Shown here in pieces: positions 23,184 to 37,099 of a stretch of 64,000 bases of DNA. How positions within the stretch are numbered: the first letter of the stretch is position 1; the number at the start of each line of letters is the position of its first letter. Position numbers and translations under genes: made by a program. Source of the DNA: Podarcis cretensis (lineage: Eukaryota); NCBI GenBank assembly GCA_951804945.1, contig OX638154.1, forward strand, positions 60,078,001 through 60,142,000, in the 5' to 3' direction. A model generated the notes under the pieces. The model was not told the origin of the DNA. It saw nothing but the letters and a program-made list of their open reading frames with translations, and did not search any database.

Positions 23184-26100
23184 CCATCCTGATTAGTTTG
23201 CAGGGATCTTAGACAACACTGACTCTTTAATAAGCACGCAATTCTGATTTGTTAGATGACATTGCATCAAAACAAGCGTTATCCCATACTTTCCACTACA
23301 TTTTCTCATCACTTTCCTTATTGGAAAAGTCTGATCTTTTGGGAAGCGGGTTTCTTGTGCAAGACCTTCAAGTAGGCTGTAATTGTCCAGCCTGAATTTG
23401 CCAGTATGCGATTGAATCACGCCTGAAAAGAGCAACAGTCTGCAAGTACCGCAGAAGGTTGATGCTGAACAGGCTAACCACATGCCAAGAACAAGACCTT
23501 TCAGTAGTTCTTTAAAGAATGTGGCAATTTTTTCTCTGTCATTCCTGCCTGATATGCTGCATCACCTGTGCAAATCTCCTCCTGGGAAAGGGACAAAACC
23601 CCTGTATTCTGCTGCCACTGGTAATATGGTGTGGGTGTGAGACGCTCCCTCATCCCATACTTGCCTAATATTATTTTTAACTTTTATGGCAAACTCCATT
23701 TTCCTGAGAAGCACTTCAGCAGAGCTTGTAACGTATAATCCTCCCTTTCTTTGTGTTGGCTGTGGGAGTTCACATCCTCTGCCTCTTCCTTCTCACACGG
23801 CTGTTCCCTGAGAAGGCAAGGCATACGAAAATAACATTAAAATGAGAGGACAAAGAATTCTTCAAGTCTTGTTTAAAAAAGAAAAATCAGCATTCGGGGG
23901 AGGGGGGAGAGCTACAATGCAAAGCCAGTAAATGAAGGAAAGTAAATTTTGCCAAGCTTCAGGAAAGAAGAAAGTAAAGGTCTGATCATATACTCACATT
24001 CTTGAGAATTTTGCATCTACCAGATCTAGCACAGCCTTGGCTAATCTGGGGCTTTCCAGTTGTCTTGGATTACAATTCCCACTCCCCCAGTCACCATAGA
24101 TGTGGTGACTGAGGCTGATAGGAGTTATAGTTCCAAAGATCTAGAGGGCATCAGGTTGATGATGGCTGACCTAGCAGTTCGGTGTCTATCATTTCTGTTA
24201 CTCCTACTAAACTATTCTACCTCCAGCTTCTTCTTGGCTGGCACACGAAAGGCAACCTGAAGCCAAACACACATTAAAAACTAGCATATTCCCTTCAAAA
24301 TCTGCTGCTATTTGACATGTTGGTACTGTCTCTCTTTTCTCTTCATCCGCTGCCTCTATTCTCTGCTGTACAGTGGTAAGCTGGTTCATCCCTCTGTTTT
24401 GAATCATAAACAGTCAAAGCTGTGGCTTTGGGGAGGGATTCACACATGCCGTTTTGCCCCTGTGATTGAGGGGGGCCCAGGGGGTCCCAACATCAGAATG
24501 CCCCATGGCATGCTGCATGACATCAGCATGCCCCATGACATTCGTGTGTGGCCACTGTGGGACTTTGAGGGGCAGCCCTTTCATTGGAAATATTGGGGGC
24601 CCTGCCCCCCCCACTTGACACCCTTGGAGAGATTACTGTTTTTCTTTTCCACCATTGTATAGAACATTTGATATCAATATCAGGCACTGTTATCCCATCA
24701 CATGTGCAAAAGTATAAGCTGCTTCCTGAGCCTGCTAATTCCGCTAGCTTCCTTGCATGCTCCACTATGAAATTTCAAGTGCCTGATCTTTCCCTTTTCA
24801 AATTACAGAGGTACACTGTGGTGTCCTAGACAGGAGCTTCAGTCTTTTTCGATTCAGTGAAGCACACCAAGCTCTAGGTGAATTCACCTGGTCTGGATAA
24901 TATTGGTTCTGTGCAGAAAACTCCAAGCATGAAGGCAGCTGGAGAGCTGCCCACTATCTAGCTCCTGATGTTCATGGTGAGGTAGCCTTTTTTTCCTTCA
25001 GTTGTTGTCAAAGAGCAGCTCAAGAACCACTGAGCAGGAGACATCTAGGCAGGATGCATACCACCCCCTGAAAGAATAACGGAAACTGACAATTACCCCT
25101 CACAAAGCTACAATTCTCAGCACCCTCAACAGAGTTCACAGAATTTTTTGGGTGGGTGTGATTTTAAATTCATGGTGTGTACACCTCTCTCCCCTTGGTT
25201 CTGCTGTCTTATTATATTGTTACAGATTTGGGGTACCAGAGTTTGTGGGTGCAAAAGCACCCATAATTGGAGTATGTCAATGTTAGGAATTACTAAATGC
25301 TTGGAGTCTTCACTTGGGAAAGAGACAGCTTTGTAGTGTAAAAAATGCAGGTTAAGCTTGTCTCCCAGACCAGGGCATCACCTGGGGGATATGACAAAGG
25401 TGTTGATGATGACCCATCAAAGGAAGATGTTTGAGTCTGTGAATCAAAAAAAATGTTGTCCTGTTAAAAAACAAAGGTCTGGAGCTGGGAGGGCATGTGA
25501 TCGGATAGAAGGGGGGGTTGTGTTTGGCAAGGCATTCTGGGAACAAGAAGGAGGAATGTGGCACTGGTGGGAGGAGGCTGCACCGACAGAGCAGGGGCCA
25601 TGACTGGCTGCTGCTGTGGACCCCAGCTTGCTGAAACTATGAGAGGAGCAACTTTTTGTGAAAATGTGCTGGCATGTAGGACTACAATTGTTTCACACAA
25701 GACTGGAAAAGCTTCCTAGAAACAACTCAGAATGAATACTCAGCTGGTGTCATCCAATCCACAAATTTTGTACAAACAAGTGTTCCATAAATAGGTATTT
25801 TGGGAGTGGACTATTGCAGTTTCATTTGCCCTCCCCAGCCCTCTTCTTACTTTGCCTGGCCCACAGTGACCACAGGGGAAAAGCTACCCACCCTCACTGG
25901 TATCACTGACTCCTCATTCACAGAATTCCCAGTTGCCTCCAAGTTCTCTCTTGTAGCTTCCCAAGAGACTGCCACCCAAAGGTCATGTGCAAATTGATTC
26001 AGAGGTAGAGAAATATAAGTTCAGCAGCTTGAACTGTGTGTGTCTTTAAGAAAGTCATACACTGTCTACGAGTTCTCTTGAGTTTTATCAGAAACAAGCT

Positions 26101-28369
26101 CTCTCTTTCCTGGCCATAATCAGACCCATCAGGCAAGGGTGGAGCTTTCGGTTCAGAGCCAGCCATGGTATATAAATCACCTTGTGCTAAAACTTAGAAA
26201 CTCTTGCTAGGCTCCAGGAGTTCTTTTGCTGTTTTTGCTAGAGCTTCTTGTCAGAACAACCTGCTGCCCTTGATCCAGTGCTGCTTCTGCCTGTCCAGAT
26301 GAAAACCACGACACACCCTTTCAGCTTGCGGCAAATTGTACTTGTGTATTTGCTAGGGCAAGCAACCTAGGGAAGCTCATTATTCCAGGTCCCTTTTATC
26401 CCTCTATTTTGTCATTAATTCTGGTACAATTATATGCTCACTGCAAATACTAAACCACTTAACGGAAGCAAACTGTTCATTGAGAAACAGCAACTAGGAA
26501 GAGAAAATTTGCTACATTACCAAAACGTCAGAAATATGAGCGCATTCAACTACAAATTGCTGAAAAAAATGGATCCCGTCAACTTAACCGTCCACTGTTT
26601 TCCAGGGGAGTTGGAATTCCATGAGGAGTTCAAAAGAGGCCTAGGAATGGTGTAATTATGGAAAGAATTCTACTTCATGCTTTTACCCATATGTGCGTGA
26701 GCCAAGTTTTCTATTGTTTTCTACTTCGTTTTGAGAACTGCGCTCCTCCCAAGGCAATTAAAAGTGCAAATCTGTTATTCGTTAATGCGTCCTAAGGGCT
26801 GAGAGTTTAAACATGCAGCAAATTGAAAACTTAAAAAGCTGTGGTTCTCATTAACTTTGCCACGTTATACATTCTATATTAAGGCCTTCAAAATTAACAC
26901 CATCTACAGGCCCCCAAACACAAAAATCCCAAACGCTATCTGGGTACACACAGAGTGTCGGCGATGGTTGTGGAAATAACAGGGCTTGATTTAATTCCAC
27001 ACTGCTACGTAACTTTTCCAGAATGTTGGTGTTGAGATATACAGGCTAAGCAATAGTCAAGTAGGCAAGCAGCTGGGCCTGTGATTGCTTTTCTGACAGA
27101 GTGACACATAGTCTGGGCAGACATCAGGCCTTGCACAAAAGTAACCATTGGATGTTAAGTTGCTGGTGGTGCTGGTGGGCAGTCCAAGGGACTTACTGAG
27201 AGATAGGAAAGAGAATTAATTGCCCATAGCTACTCAGCCCTTATGTGCTGGAGTTATCAGAGTAGCCCTGTATCCTGTCTAGATGCAGCACTTTATGAGA
27301 TGTAGACCCACCCCTAAAACTAGCTTTTTCTCTATCCTGAACCACCAGGCATCATGCAGGACAGAGCAGGAGCCTGAACATTACAGTTAGAATTTGCTGA
27401 GTTAAGGGAATTTACTGAACCAGGCTGCTTTCAGGCAGTCACTTTTTTTGTGGGAAGGATTCAAACGCACACTGGAAATTTAGGTTTGCCCAACTGAAGT
27501 GGATTAATGTTCTCTGCAACAAAGCCATTACAAAAAAACAAAAGGAAACCCCCTGACTTTTTGCTGTTAAGAAAGTGATGGGGAAATGTGCTGAGAAGTA
27601 TGAGGTGAATGAATGGTTAACAGAAAGATGTGTAAACACCCCACAAGCAAATCTGGATGAATTCTCATTGCATGACCAGGCGGCAACAGCCCCAGCCCCC
27701 ATAAGGTAGGAATAAAGACTCTGACATCTTTATATAGAATTAAAATTAGGCTACGAGTTTATAAAACTTCCAAATGTAGGAAGGCTTAGGCCTTGGGTGT
27801 GTATCCCTCCCAGCCCCCAGCTGGGGGGAACTGGGGCTCATCAGGGTAAATGGGAAATGGGGGTGCTCTGCGAGGTGTAAGTGTAGCAGGCAGCCAAGCC
27901 CATATCCCCGCACGCAAGGTAGTTCATTGACAACCTTTCAGTGTATGGCCAGTGACACCCATATATATAACCCCTTTAAGAGGGGGACCCTGGTATCGCT
28001 GCCACAGGAGGATGAGACACCACTTCACGGCCCCCCTCCCCATATAGGGAAGAAAAGACTAAAGGATTCCATCCAAGGCCAAAACCGCCACCTGAGACCA
28101 CCAACTCGTGGTGTTGTGGCCTCACCCCCTATTGATAAATAGGGCTGACCCCACCTCCCAGCAAGAAACTTCCAAATATTACAGCCCCTGTTTGCCAGTA
28201 AGCTCCCTGGGGACTGTAGCACCACGCACGATCCTGCAAAGGGCACCCACAATGTAAAGTGTGAGTGTTCATTGTTGTATAACTCCCTGTAAACAAATCA
28301 GAATGAATGCTTAATACTACGCACATAGTAACCACAATGTAAGCTTTGTACAAGCAAAGTAAGATGGAC

Positions 28370-28526
28370 GAATCACAGAATTGTAGAGTTGAAAGAGGTT
28401 CCCCAAGGGTCATCTAGTCCAAACCCCTGAAATGCAGGAATCCTGCCCACAGCCATCCCTGCGTGGGCTTGAACCACCAACCTTCTGGTTAACAGTCAGA
28501 CAAATTGATCCATTGTGCCGCAGAGA
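28370..28526 (-). mobile_element. tRNA-Asn-headed SINE with the same CR1-derived tail
   Basis: Plus strand CATCCCTGCGTGGGCTTGAACCACCAACCTTCTGGTTAACAGTC...ATTGTGCCGCAGAGA matches the reverse complement of tRNA-Asn(GTT). The tail matches 9470-9540. Confidence 0.8.
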
Positions 28527-29679
28527 ATAAGCATGAGCCCCCATAGCATCAGCTGTCGGTAGACTCCAGGAACTTAGCCTCACTGACCCCATGTGCCCCT
28601 TCCCACACTCCACCATGATCCAGTTTCTTTTCCAGTAGGTTACTTTGCACTCTCCTTGATCTAGTGCCAATATCAAGCACCTGAGTCCTTGAGACTTTCC
28701 CCCTACATTCCAGAGAATCTGATAATGTCTCCCGGAAGATGTTAAATGCTGCTGGCACCTACTCTGATAAACTTGCATGCGCTATTCCCCTGAAACTTGT
28801 AAACAGTCCTTCTCCCACCACCCGGTCTTGCTATCCTATACCTCTCCCAGCATTGCAAAAGGTGTTTGTTTTGACTTGGAGGTGATAAATCCCCAGGAAT
28901 AAACCTATCGCAGGCCAACAGTTCTTTATTTAATTTCTCCTTCCACTGCAAAAGCCCTGAGAATAACTACCATTTCCTGCTGAAGAAGGAAGCAGTGTTT
29001 TCCTCGACTGTTATAAATATTACTTCCTTGCTTATATGTTTCTCAGTAATGGAAACAGGAGAAGAAATCTTCCCAGCCATAAAGTTTGTTGGCTAAAAAA
29101 AAAAAAAAAAATTAAACCAAACTACGCCCAGCTTCCTTTCGACAAATCTGGAATGTTTATGGGAAATGAGAGACCGAGGTGTAACCACCTCAGTCCATAT
29201 AGCCATGTGTGTGGTCAAGCAATATAAATAGGAGGAGCATAATGTGGCAAAACTTAGTGGCCACAAATATCCACTGAAATCTATGGGATAAAAATTAGTC
29301 GTAATTATGCCTCTTGCCATTGCTAGATTTGGGTATGAAGGTTCCATCAGAGCAAACTCATTAGGTCACTGAAAAGGCAATAATGCTGTGATGTGTTCAT
29401 TTGGCTGTCAATTTTGATTTCTCCCAAAATTTTGCTTTCTCTTTTTTCCACTCTTAAGTTCATTTCCACGTCAGTTCACTTTTTTTTTAAGTCTTCACAA
29501 ACATTTATCCATTTTTCTATGCAATCCAAAAGACACATTTTTGCAAAAGATTTCTATCCCATGTAATGTGTGTTATGTGATTTCTGCAAAGATATGCATT
29601 TTTAATGCACATTGCTTGGCTGGAAAACTGCATTGCAAAATTCAAAGAAGTGCAAATTTCAAAGGATGGCTATGTCCCA

Positions 29680-29838
29680 ATTCATCCTGGAGGGAAAGTG
29701 ACAAGTGGGGTGCCACAGGGTTCAGGGTTCTAGCCTGGGCCTGTTGTTGTTCAACATCTTTATAAACGATTCGGGTGAAGGAATTGGGGGGATGCTCATC
29801 AAATTTGCAGATAACACCAAACTGAGAGGGGCAGCTAA
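29680..29838 (+). mobile_element. CR1 LINE RT fragment
   Basis: Frameshifted SGVPQGS...LLFNIFINDSGEGIGGMLIKFADNTKLRG. Confidence 0.85.
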
Positions 29839-31344
29839 TGCCTTGTTTCGAAAGTGCAAATTATGTTGGTTTGCCTTTAAATGGGGACTGGATCAAATTT
29901 CTCCTCCATTCCTAGCCATGTTTTGCATTACCCCCCCCCCCAAAAAAAAAAATATTGTGGCATGCAGGTAACAATGCATTTTGCAAAGCCTTGTTCTATT
30001 GGAAAAGGAGGCCATTCCAGGGCGGTTATCTCTCTTGAGTTGGTGAGAACCATCCTGGCTTATTAGATTGTATCTTAACTTGTAAGGGCACTGGAAACTT
30101 GCAGAGACAGCTTTCAAATAATTCCAGGACAAAAGCCAAAACATGGTGCTTTCTCCCAAAATGGTTTCTCTTCCAAGCAGGCCAGCCTAAGGTACATAGT
30201 GTTCAGTGCATTTAAAAATCAAATATATGTTACATCATTTTGGATTACTCCAAGAAAAGTCTCTGTTTACTACATTACCTCATTTGACAGAAGAACCTTT
30301 CCCAGCCCTCTGAAATGCAGTTCCCTCATGACATTTGGAAACTTTCCATCTTTGGTATGATGCTATTTGTTTTTCACTTTAAAAAGAAAAGAAAAGTCTG
30401 TCTATTTCCCTTGTAGTATTTTTCTTTCACCCTCCTCCTCCTGCTTTAACACAAGGAATTCTGTGACATTGATCAAGTTTTATGGCACATTTGCATTAAA
30501 ATCAAAATCAGGCTTGTCTTGAATGACTCTCTTCTGTGATCTTCAGATGCTGAAAAGAAAAGAGGGAAGAAGAAGAAAAGATTCCGGATTTGACTCCTAA
30601 CCCCATGGCTCAGGGGTTGTTCTATGTGCTCCAGTGATCTAGGGAAAGCAACATGTAGTTTCTTCCTGAAATCCAATTACAGCAAATCCAGTTAGATCTG
30701 GCAGTACTGAAGGAAAGCAAAGTGGAGGGGAGGCTGCTTCCTGCTAGGACAGAGATGCAACTCAAACAAATTTCTAAGTGGAATCCTAAACATAGTTGCA
30801 AGGAAGTAACACCCAGTGAACTCAATGGAGCTTAGGACGGGATTCACTTAATAAAAACCATCAGCAGAAGCACTGCTCAGGGACTTCCACTTGCAAAACA
30901 GGGCTTTACCCACTCTACATGTCCCATGTCCACCCCCAACAATTGAATATGGGGGCTCAGGAGAAGCCAAAGTGCAATGCATGGGGTAGGAGAGGGGGAA
31001 TCGTTCCACGGCCGTCATTGCACAACATTGAATCCCACCGTTAGTTCTGAGTAAACATGTTTTGGATCGAACTGGAAGTATAGCCCTATTCACTCATTTA
31101 GGAACTGGGATAATCAGCTCATGGGGGAACATGTGCTAACTCCCCCACCCCATCCCTCTTGTAAGCTGAAGGGTGGCTGCACAGAGCGAGCAATGTAGAA
31201 CCCTGTGAAATTAGTCTGGTAGTTTGCTGAAGTGGATGTTGTGATCCTATTGATCCTGTTTATGATGACACCATCTTTTATTGTAACATTGCCTTGAGAA
31301 AATATTTGATTTTGAAAGGCAACAGACAGAATGATTAAATAATC

Positions 31345-31348
<4 letters not shown>

Positions 31349-31383
<35 letters not shown>
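31349..31383. repeat. (AG)n microsatellite
   Basis: Direct reading. Confidence 0.95.
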
Positions 31384-31386
<3 letters not shown>

Positions 31387-34300
31387 GTTTCTGTGCTTGC
31401 TTGCATTCATCTCTAGTCACCATTGCTCCTTCCTTTCTTCCTCTCCCTTTATCTTGTCTTGGTTCAAATTTCAGATTGTAAACTCATTGGATCACGGACA
31501 TTTTGGGAGAACTCACAGCCCCACAGAAAGCAAGAAAGAGTGGAGTTGAAATGCAGTTCAGAAAACAAACACATTGTTCCATAATTTCCATGGGATGACG
31601 TAGAAATTAAGTAACACTGACAAATACAAAAATGGTTTTGGAGTAAAATGCACACCGGTGGGTGATATTATTAAAAGCAACCACTGTGCTCCATTAGCTT
31701 TCAGTGTTAGCAGCATGAGTCTTGCAGCTGATGAAGAAACATCTAGAAACACAATGTTCAGTTTCATAACACCCTTAATTAAACTTATTCTTGCTTTCTC
31801 TTCTGGGTACATATGTTTTTGCTTACTAATTATAATGATATACTGTCAAAATAACATAAATATTTAGACTGCCTTGGTGTACTAGAAACCTATATGCTGC
31901 TTCATGGTAATATGAGCTCAACCAGTCTGAGGCTTTCCAGGTTGTTCATTGCATCAATTTAATGCTTTCTTAACTTCCAGACACACAACATTTTTATCAG
32001 GTCTTCCATTACAACCACTGTGTGGTCACTGTGAGACTGACAACATGGGACAAATGTAGATTTGACTGCAAAACCCACCTAACAGCAGTTGGGATTAGCA
32101 GTTGAGATCCCAATATTGAAAATCACTCCCCACCTTTTTACAAATGCCAAATCTTCTTTATGTTTCTGTTAATTTTTGCTTAATCGGATACCCCTACACA
32201 GGAAGAAACACAGCACACAACAAAACCCAAACTACAAATCTCATGTTATAAACTATATTTAAACATGTGCTTCTGGGCTGATACGAAATCAGTCCATTTG
32301 ACCTTGCATGACTTGCCCTGACTGGAAGTAGCTTTCCGGGGTCATGGGCAGAGGTGTTTCCTAGAACCTGCTCACCTGACCCTTAATACTGATAAAACTA
32401 GTGGTTGAACTTCTGACCTGCAGGCATAACATGTGCTCTGTCACTGAGCTGTTTCTGCTCTTTAGTGAAACTTGTGATTATGTGGTTGTGCAAGCATAGG
32501 GTCAGGAACTGCCTGGGCAACATTGCAGTGCGTGAGGCAGAGGCTGCCCTTCCCTGTTGACCTATGCACCCTGTACTACACTGCCATGGGAGTTTTGCAT
32601 CCACCCTCCATATGGCAGTATCTTCTCCAGGGCTGCACATATCGACTGCTAGCTTGCAGAAGAGCCATAGCCCAGTGGCAGAGTGCATGTTCTACATGCA
32701 AAAGATCCAAGCTCCATGAGTGACTTGCAGGGCTGTGTAGGTGGACCTGCATTGCCCTCCTGACTTTTCACTGTTGTACCTCACTGCTGTTTGCTGAGAC
32801 GGAGAGGGGGAGACAGCAGGGAGCTCAGCATGGTGTGGGTGCAGCGCTGGGAGTGTCAGATTGTTTGCACCTCAGACCCCGCATCAGGCTGAGCACCCCA
32901 CTCAATTGCCTCTCCCAGTAACCAGCAGCGACACATAGCGTTGTAAAGTCCAGAGAGCAACACAGCCCCACCCACACAGCTCTGTCAGATGCCACTGCCA
33001 GGTTCTTCACATATGGCTAGGAAAGACTTTTGCCTATGGCACTTCAAAAGACTTCAACTTCCATCCAGCCCTGCCAGCTTGGCCAATGGTCAGGGTTGGT
33101 GGAAGGTTTGTTCCGCAACTAATTGTAGTTGTATGAGCTCCGGAGGGCAATAGGTTCCCCATACCTGCCTGTCCTACCTGCACACAGGCAGGCAAATCCA
33201 TTGTGCTCATTAGGAATAATGGCGAAATAGTCACTCTGAAGCAGCTTCATGGTCCTATTGGCACTAGGCCCCAAAAGCAGAAATAAGGATCATAGGGGTG
33301 AATCTTGGGAAAATGCGATTTTTAATATCCCTTTTTGTCCTGATTTAAATGTCAGATGTTTTAAGACCTTGAAATAAAAAGACCCTGTCTGCAAGAGGAA
33401 GGGAACCTTTGAATCTAACCATATACATTTTAAGTTTCATTGTTGTGTAACAAAAAACCTACATTCATAACCTTAAGATGGAGATAGCTGGCAACAGAAG
33501 GTTTGTGAATCTTCTCTGACCTGTATTTCTATGGCAGGGAAGAGCAGTTGAGGATGAATTAACAGAAGCATTTTCCATGATCTGACAATTAACAAGGCTG
33601 GTTTAGCTAGGCTCAAACATTCTTTTCTGTTATTATTTTTTCTTCCAGATGCTACAGTCCAAGGAAATTATTTATGAGAGGGAAAGGATTTGGGGAACAG
33701 CTAAGAAAGTGAGTTGTAATTGAGAAGCTTGAAGAAATGGAATGTGCCTCATTAACAAATGAAAAATGACAGCTACCTGTAGTTAGCCATTGTTTTTCTG
33801 TTGGCTCCTATTGTGTGTTGGATTCGAGGCTGGCTGTTTTGTCTCAGTTATAGTTTTACCAAAACGATGGTGCAAACAAGAACTAAGGGGATGTTCCAAA
33901 CCAAAGATCTGCCAGGATGAACATGTTAGGATGTGATGAATCTCTGGCACAGTCTCTCATCCCAGCTCTGATGGATCCTAGCTCCATTCTGCTCCATCAC
34001 ACAACCTGGAAACCCAGCAGAACTTAATGCTGGCCAAAAAGGGTGGTGTAAGTTAAACTCTGTTTTAAAGGTTTGTTCCCCCTCTGACAAGCTCAGGCTG
34101 GCTCAGCAAGCAGTAGTCTCACTCCTGAATGGTATTTGGATCTGGCATACTTTATATTGTCTTAATTTAAAGTGGCATAAATTATGCTGGCTTCCCATAT
34201 TGAGGATTGCTCTCTTAGTTGTGATAATGGGGTATTTGGATTAAGCTTCCTCCTATTCCTAAGAGGCCATGAGAGTCAATCCATCTTCAGCATTCCCACC

Positions 34301-35029
34301 TTCAAGAGGTCTATGATTGCCTGTTAAAAGTGTATAATTACAAAAGTATCTCTAAACCTTGCTTTGTTCCTAAACCTGTTCCTGAGAATTAATAACAGTG
34401 CTCTTATTAACCTTTAACGTATTTCCTTTGTGCTTAGCAATCTACCAAAATAGTATCCTCCTTTTGTTTCTGTTTACTTCCTTTAGAATTCTGATATGGA
34501 ACTCCTAGGGAATTTTAGGTCCATTGCCTACGCTGAACCGTCAAAAGATATTAAAAGTCTTCTAGCATTTCCTCTTCTCCCATGGAGTTATATCTACTAT
34601 CTAGGACGTGACGGTCTCACTTGCAACAGTAAACAATTTGTTAAACTTCTTCACAATAACGACATCATCTGTCATTAGTCTCTATCTCTGTTTCCAAGCA
34701 GACCTGCTGACTCCTTGTCAGTTCCTTCATAGGTATTTAAAGAACATCTTAATGTTCATCTTGATTGCCTTTGCTATTTGTGCTCTATAACTATGGTCGT
34801 CATTCTCACTCCCAACTGCCTTCTACTTTATTTAACTACATAGTTTATCTTCAAGGTTACAGCTGAAGAGGGTAATCAGCAAGGCCCATTCTGTGGGAAG
34901 AGTACAGACAGATGCATCTTCAAAGGCAATCATTCTGAAGATGGTGACAAACTAAAATCTGTCCCCTGGTTTCAGTAACTTTGCTTCACCTTGGGCCCAA
35001 ACTCAAAATATTGCAAAATGTGTTTTTAT

Positions 35030-35400
35030 ACCTTAAGCCCCTATCTATTGCATAGCCGCCACCATTTTTGCACTGTGTGAATAACTTTCTGCTTTTGTCT
35101 GTTCTAAACCTGCTGCCAATCAGATTTGATTTTAGGAGAGGCAACATCATTTTCACATTTCTAACACTATCCATCGTATAATTAGCTTCTGTATGCACTT
35201 CTCTCCTTTGTAATTCTTTCCTCAAGTAGTCCTACCTCTTAAATATATCCTCCTCACAGGAAAGATGTTTGAGTGCTTTACATCTTAGCCTCCCTTTTAT
35301 ATATCTACAGCTCAGCAGTATCTTTTCAGCAAGGTGGGGATAAGAACCACACTTGGTATTCCACAAGTGATATACCAGTGGTTAACAGAATGACGTTTTG
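35030..35400 (-). mobile_element. Degraded CR1 3' fragment (ends approximate)
   Basis: ORF remnant KSNLIGSRFRTDKSRKLFTQ is typical of the CR1 ORF2 C-terminus. Confidence 0.55.
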
Positions 35401-37099
35401 ATACCTGCTGCTTTACTTTCAGTTCCTTTCTTTACCTTCCTGTTTTCTAAATTGAATTTTCCCCTTTTCCCAACACTAAAGTTTTCAGTGAGTGTTCATT
35501 GTGAGCCCTCGATCTGTTGCAGCCAGTTTAGTGTCTATGTGGGAGAGATAATGCGTTTGGGATTCCACCTCTTGCTATGCTTGTTTTCTATTGAATTTTT
35601 TTTTATTGAATGGAACATTAAAGCTAGCATCTCCCTTCTGCAATTTGAAGCAATACAGGCCCTAGTGACTGTCCAAAAGTAATTGGAAGAAAATATCTAG
35701 CTCAATCCAGTAGCTTTTCTTATGACAGTATTGCAATCTCTGAGCAATGGCACATTTTGAAACATTTAAAAATGTATTTTGGAGGTACATTGGTACCCAT
35801 AACTGTCTCCCCTCCCATGTTTTTAATTGTGTGTGATTTCCCCACACTCATCCAGTTTGTATACATGGAAAAGTGTTTGGGGAGAAAAAGGGTGCTCTTT
35901 AATTTCTAGGGTAACACTACTGCATGCCAACCTCACATTTTGACTGTTTGCATTAATGACTATAAGAAATCAAAATGATTAAAGGTCTTAGCCTTAATAG
36001 AACTGTTTGTTTTTGTAATCTTACTTGTTTCAGATCTCGATCAGACCAGATAGTCATTTCACTTTACTGTTATAATATTGCTTTGGCACAAATCTGGTGC
36101 AAGTATTAATACAAAATCAAGTTTCCTGTAGGGCAGTTGTTGGAAACGATCTTGAAACCAAAACCAAAATAATGTCAGTTTTCACTTCTATAGGTTCAAT
36201 GTAACATATACATATCTGGCAGGCTGATGGAGGAGACCACCCCTTGCGCGTATCTGTGTGCCAGGAAACCGGAAACCATGAGTTTGAATCTTGATTTTTA
36301 TATAGAAGTTTTCTTGGATGCCTCCTAGCTTTTGACTCTTGCATTCTTAATGCCTGTTTGTGGTTGAGAGACTGGATTTGCAGACATTTGCAACAGTCTC
36401 CAGATGAGTAACAGAACAATAAACAAGGCACCAACTTCTAGTGTTATTTGGAGCACCTGTAATGGATGGGGCAGCAGGGGGCTCAGCCTTCCTTTCTTCT
36501 TTTGCTTAAGCATTCCAGGGTTGATTAGTGTCCTTTCCTTTAATGAAATCATCTACCGTTATTCTCTGGTTTGGAGCTAACAACAGCAATTACATTAGTG
36601 CCTTATAGCCTGCGTGTCGAATAATGATCACGAAAGGTATACAATGACGTATTATTCTGCTCCAGCTTGCAGAGACAACAGTGATCCACCTCCTTGCTGA
36701 AGTTTTCCTAATGATTTCTACTCCAAATGCAACAGGAACATAGCAAGTTAATTTTCTTTTGCTAGTTTAAAATAATGTATTGCTAAACATTGGACTAAAA
36801 ATGGGAGGACTAACCAGCTAACCAAGTTTTAATCAGTATCAACCAATGTGTATAATGATGGATCTAGAAGGTGCTGAAAAGGCAAGGGACACTCCAATTT
36901 CAGGCATGCTTGGGGGAAGCAGACTATCTGGCCCCATTTCAATCCAGCTTTGGGCTCAAGTTCAGCAACAAAACTGCCTCACTCACCCTGGTTGACCTTT
37001 GTTAGGAGAGTGACAGAGGAAGAACAACCTTTTCGTTTCTCCTTAACCTCTCAATGTTTGATACCTGTGATCACTGTGTCCTTCCAGGGTGTTTTTGAG

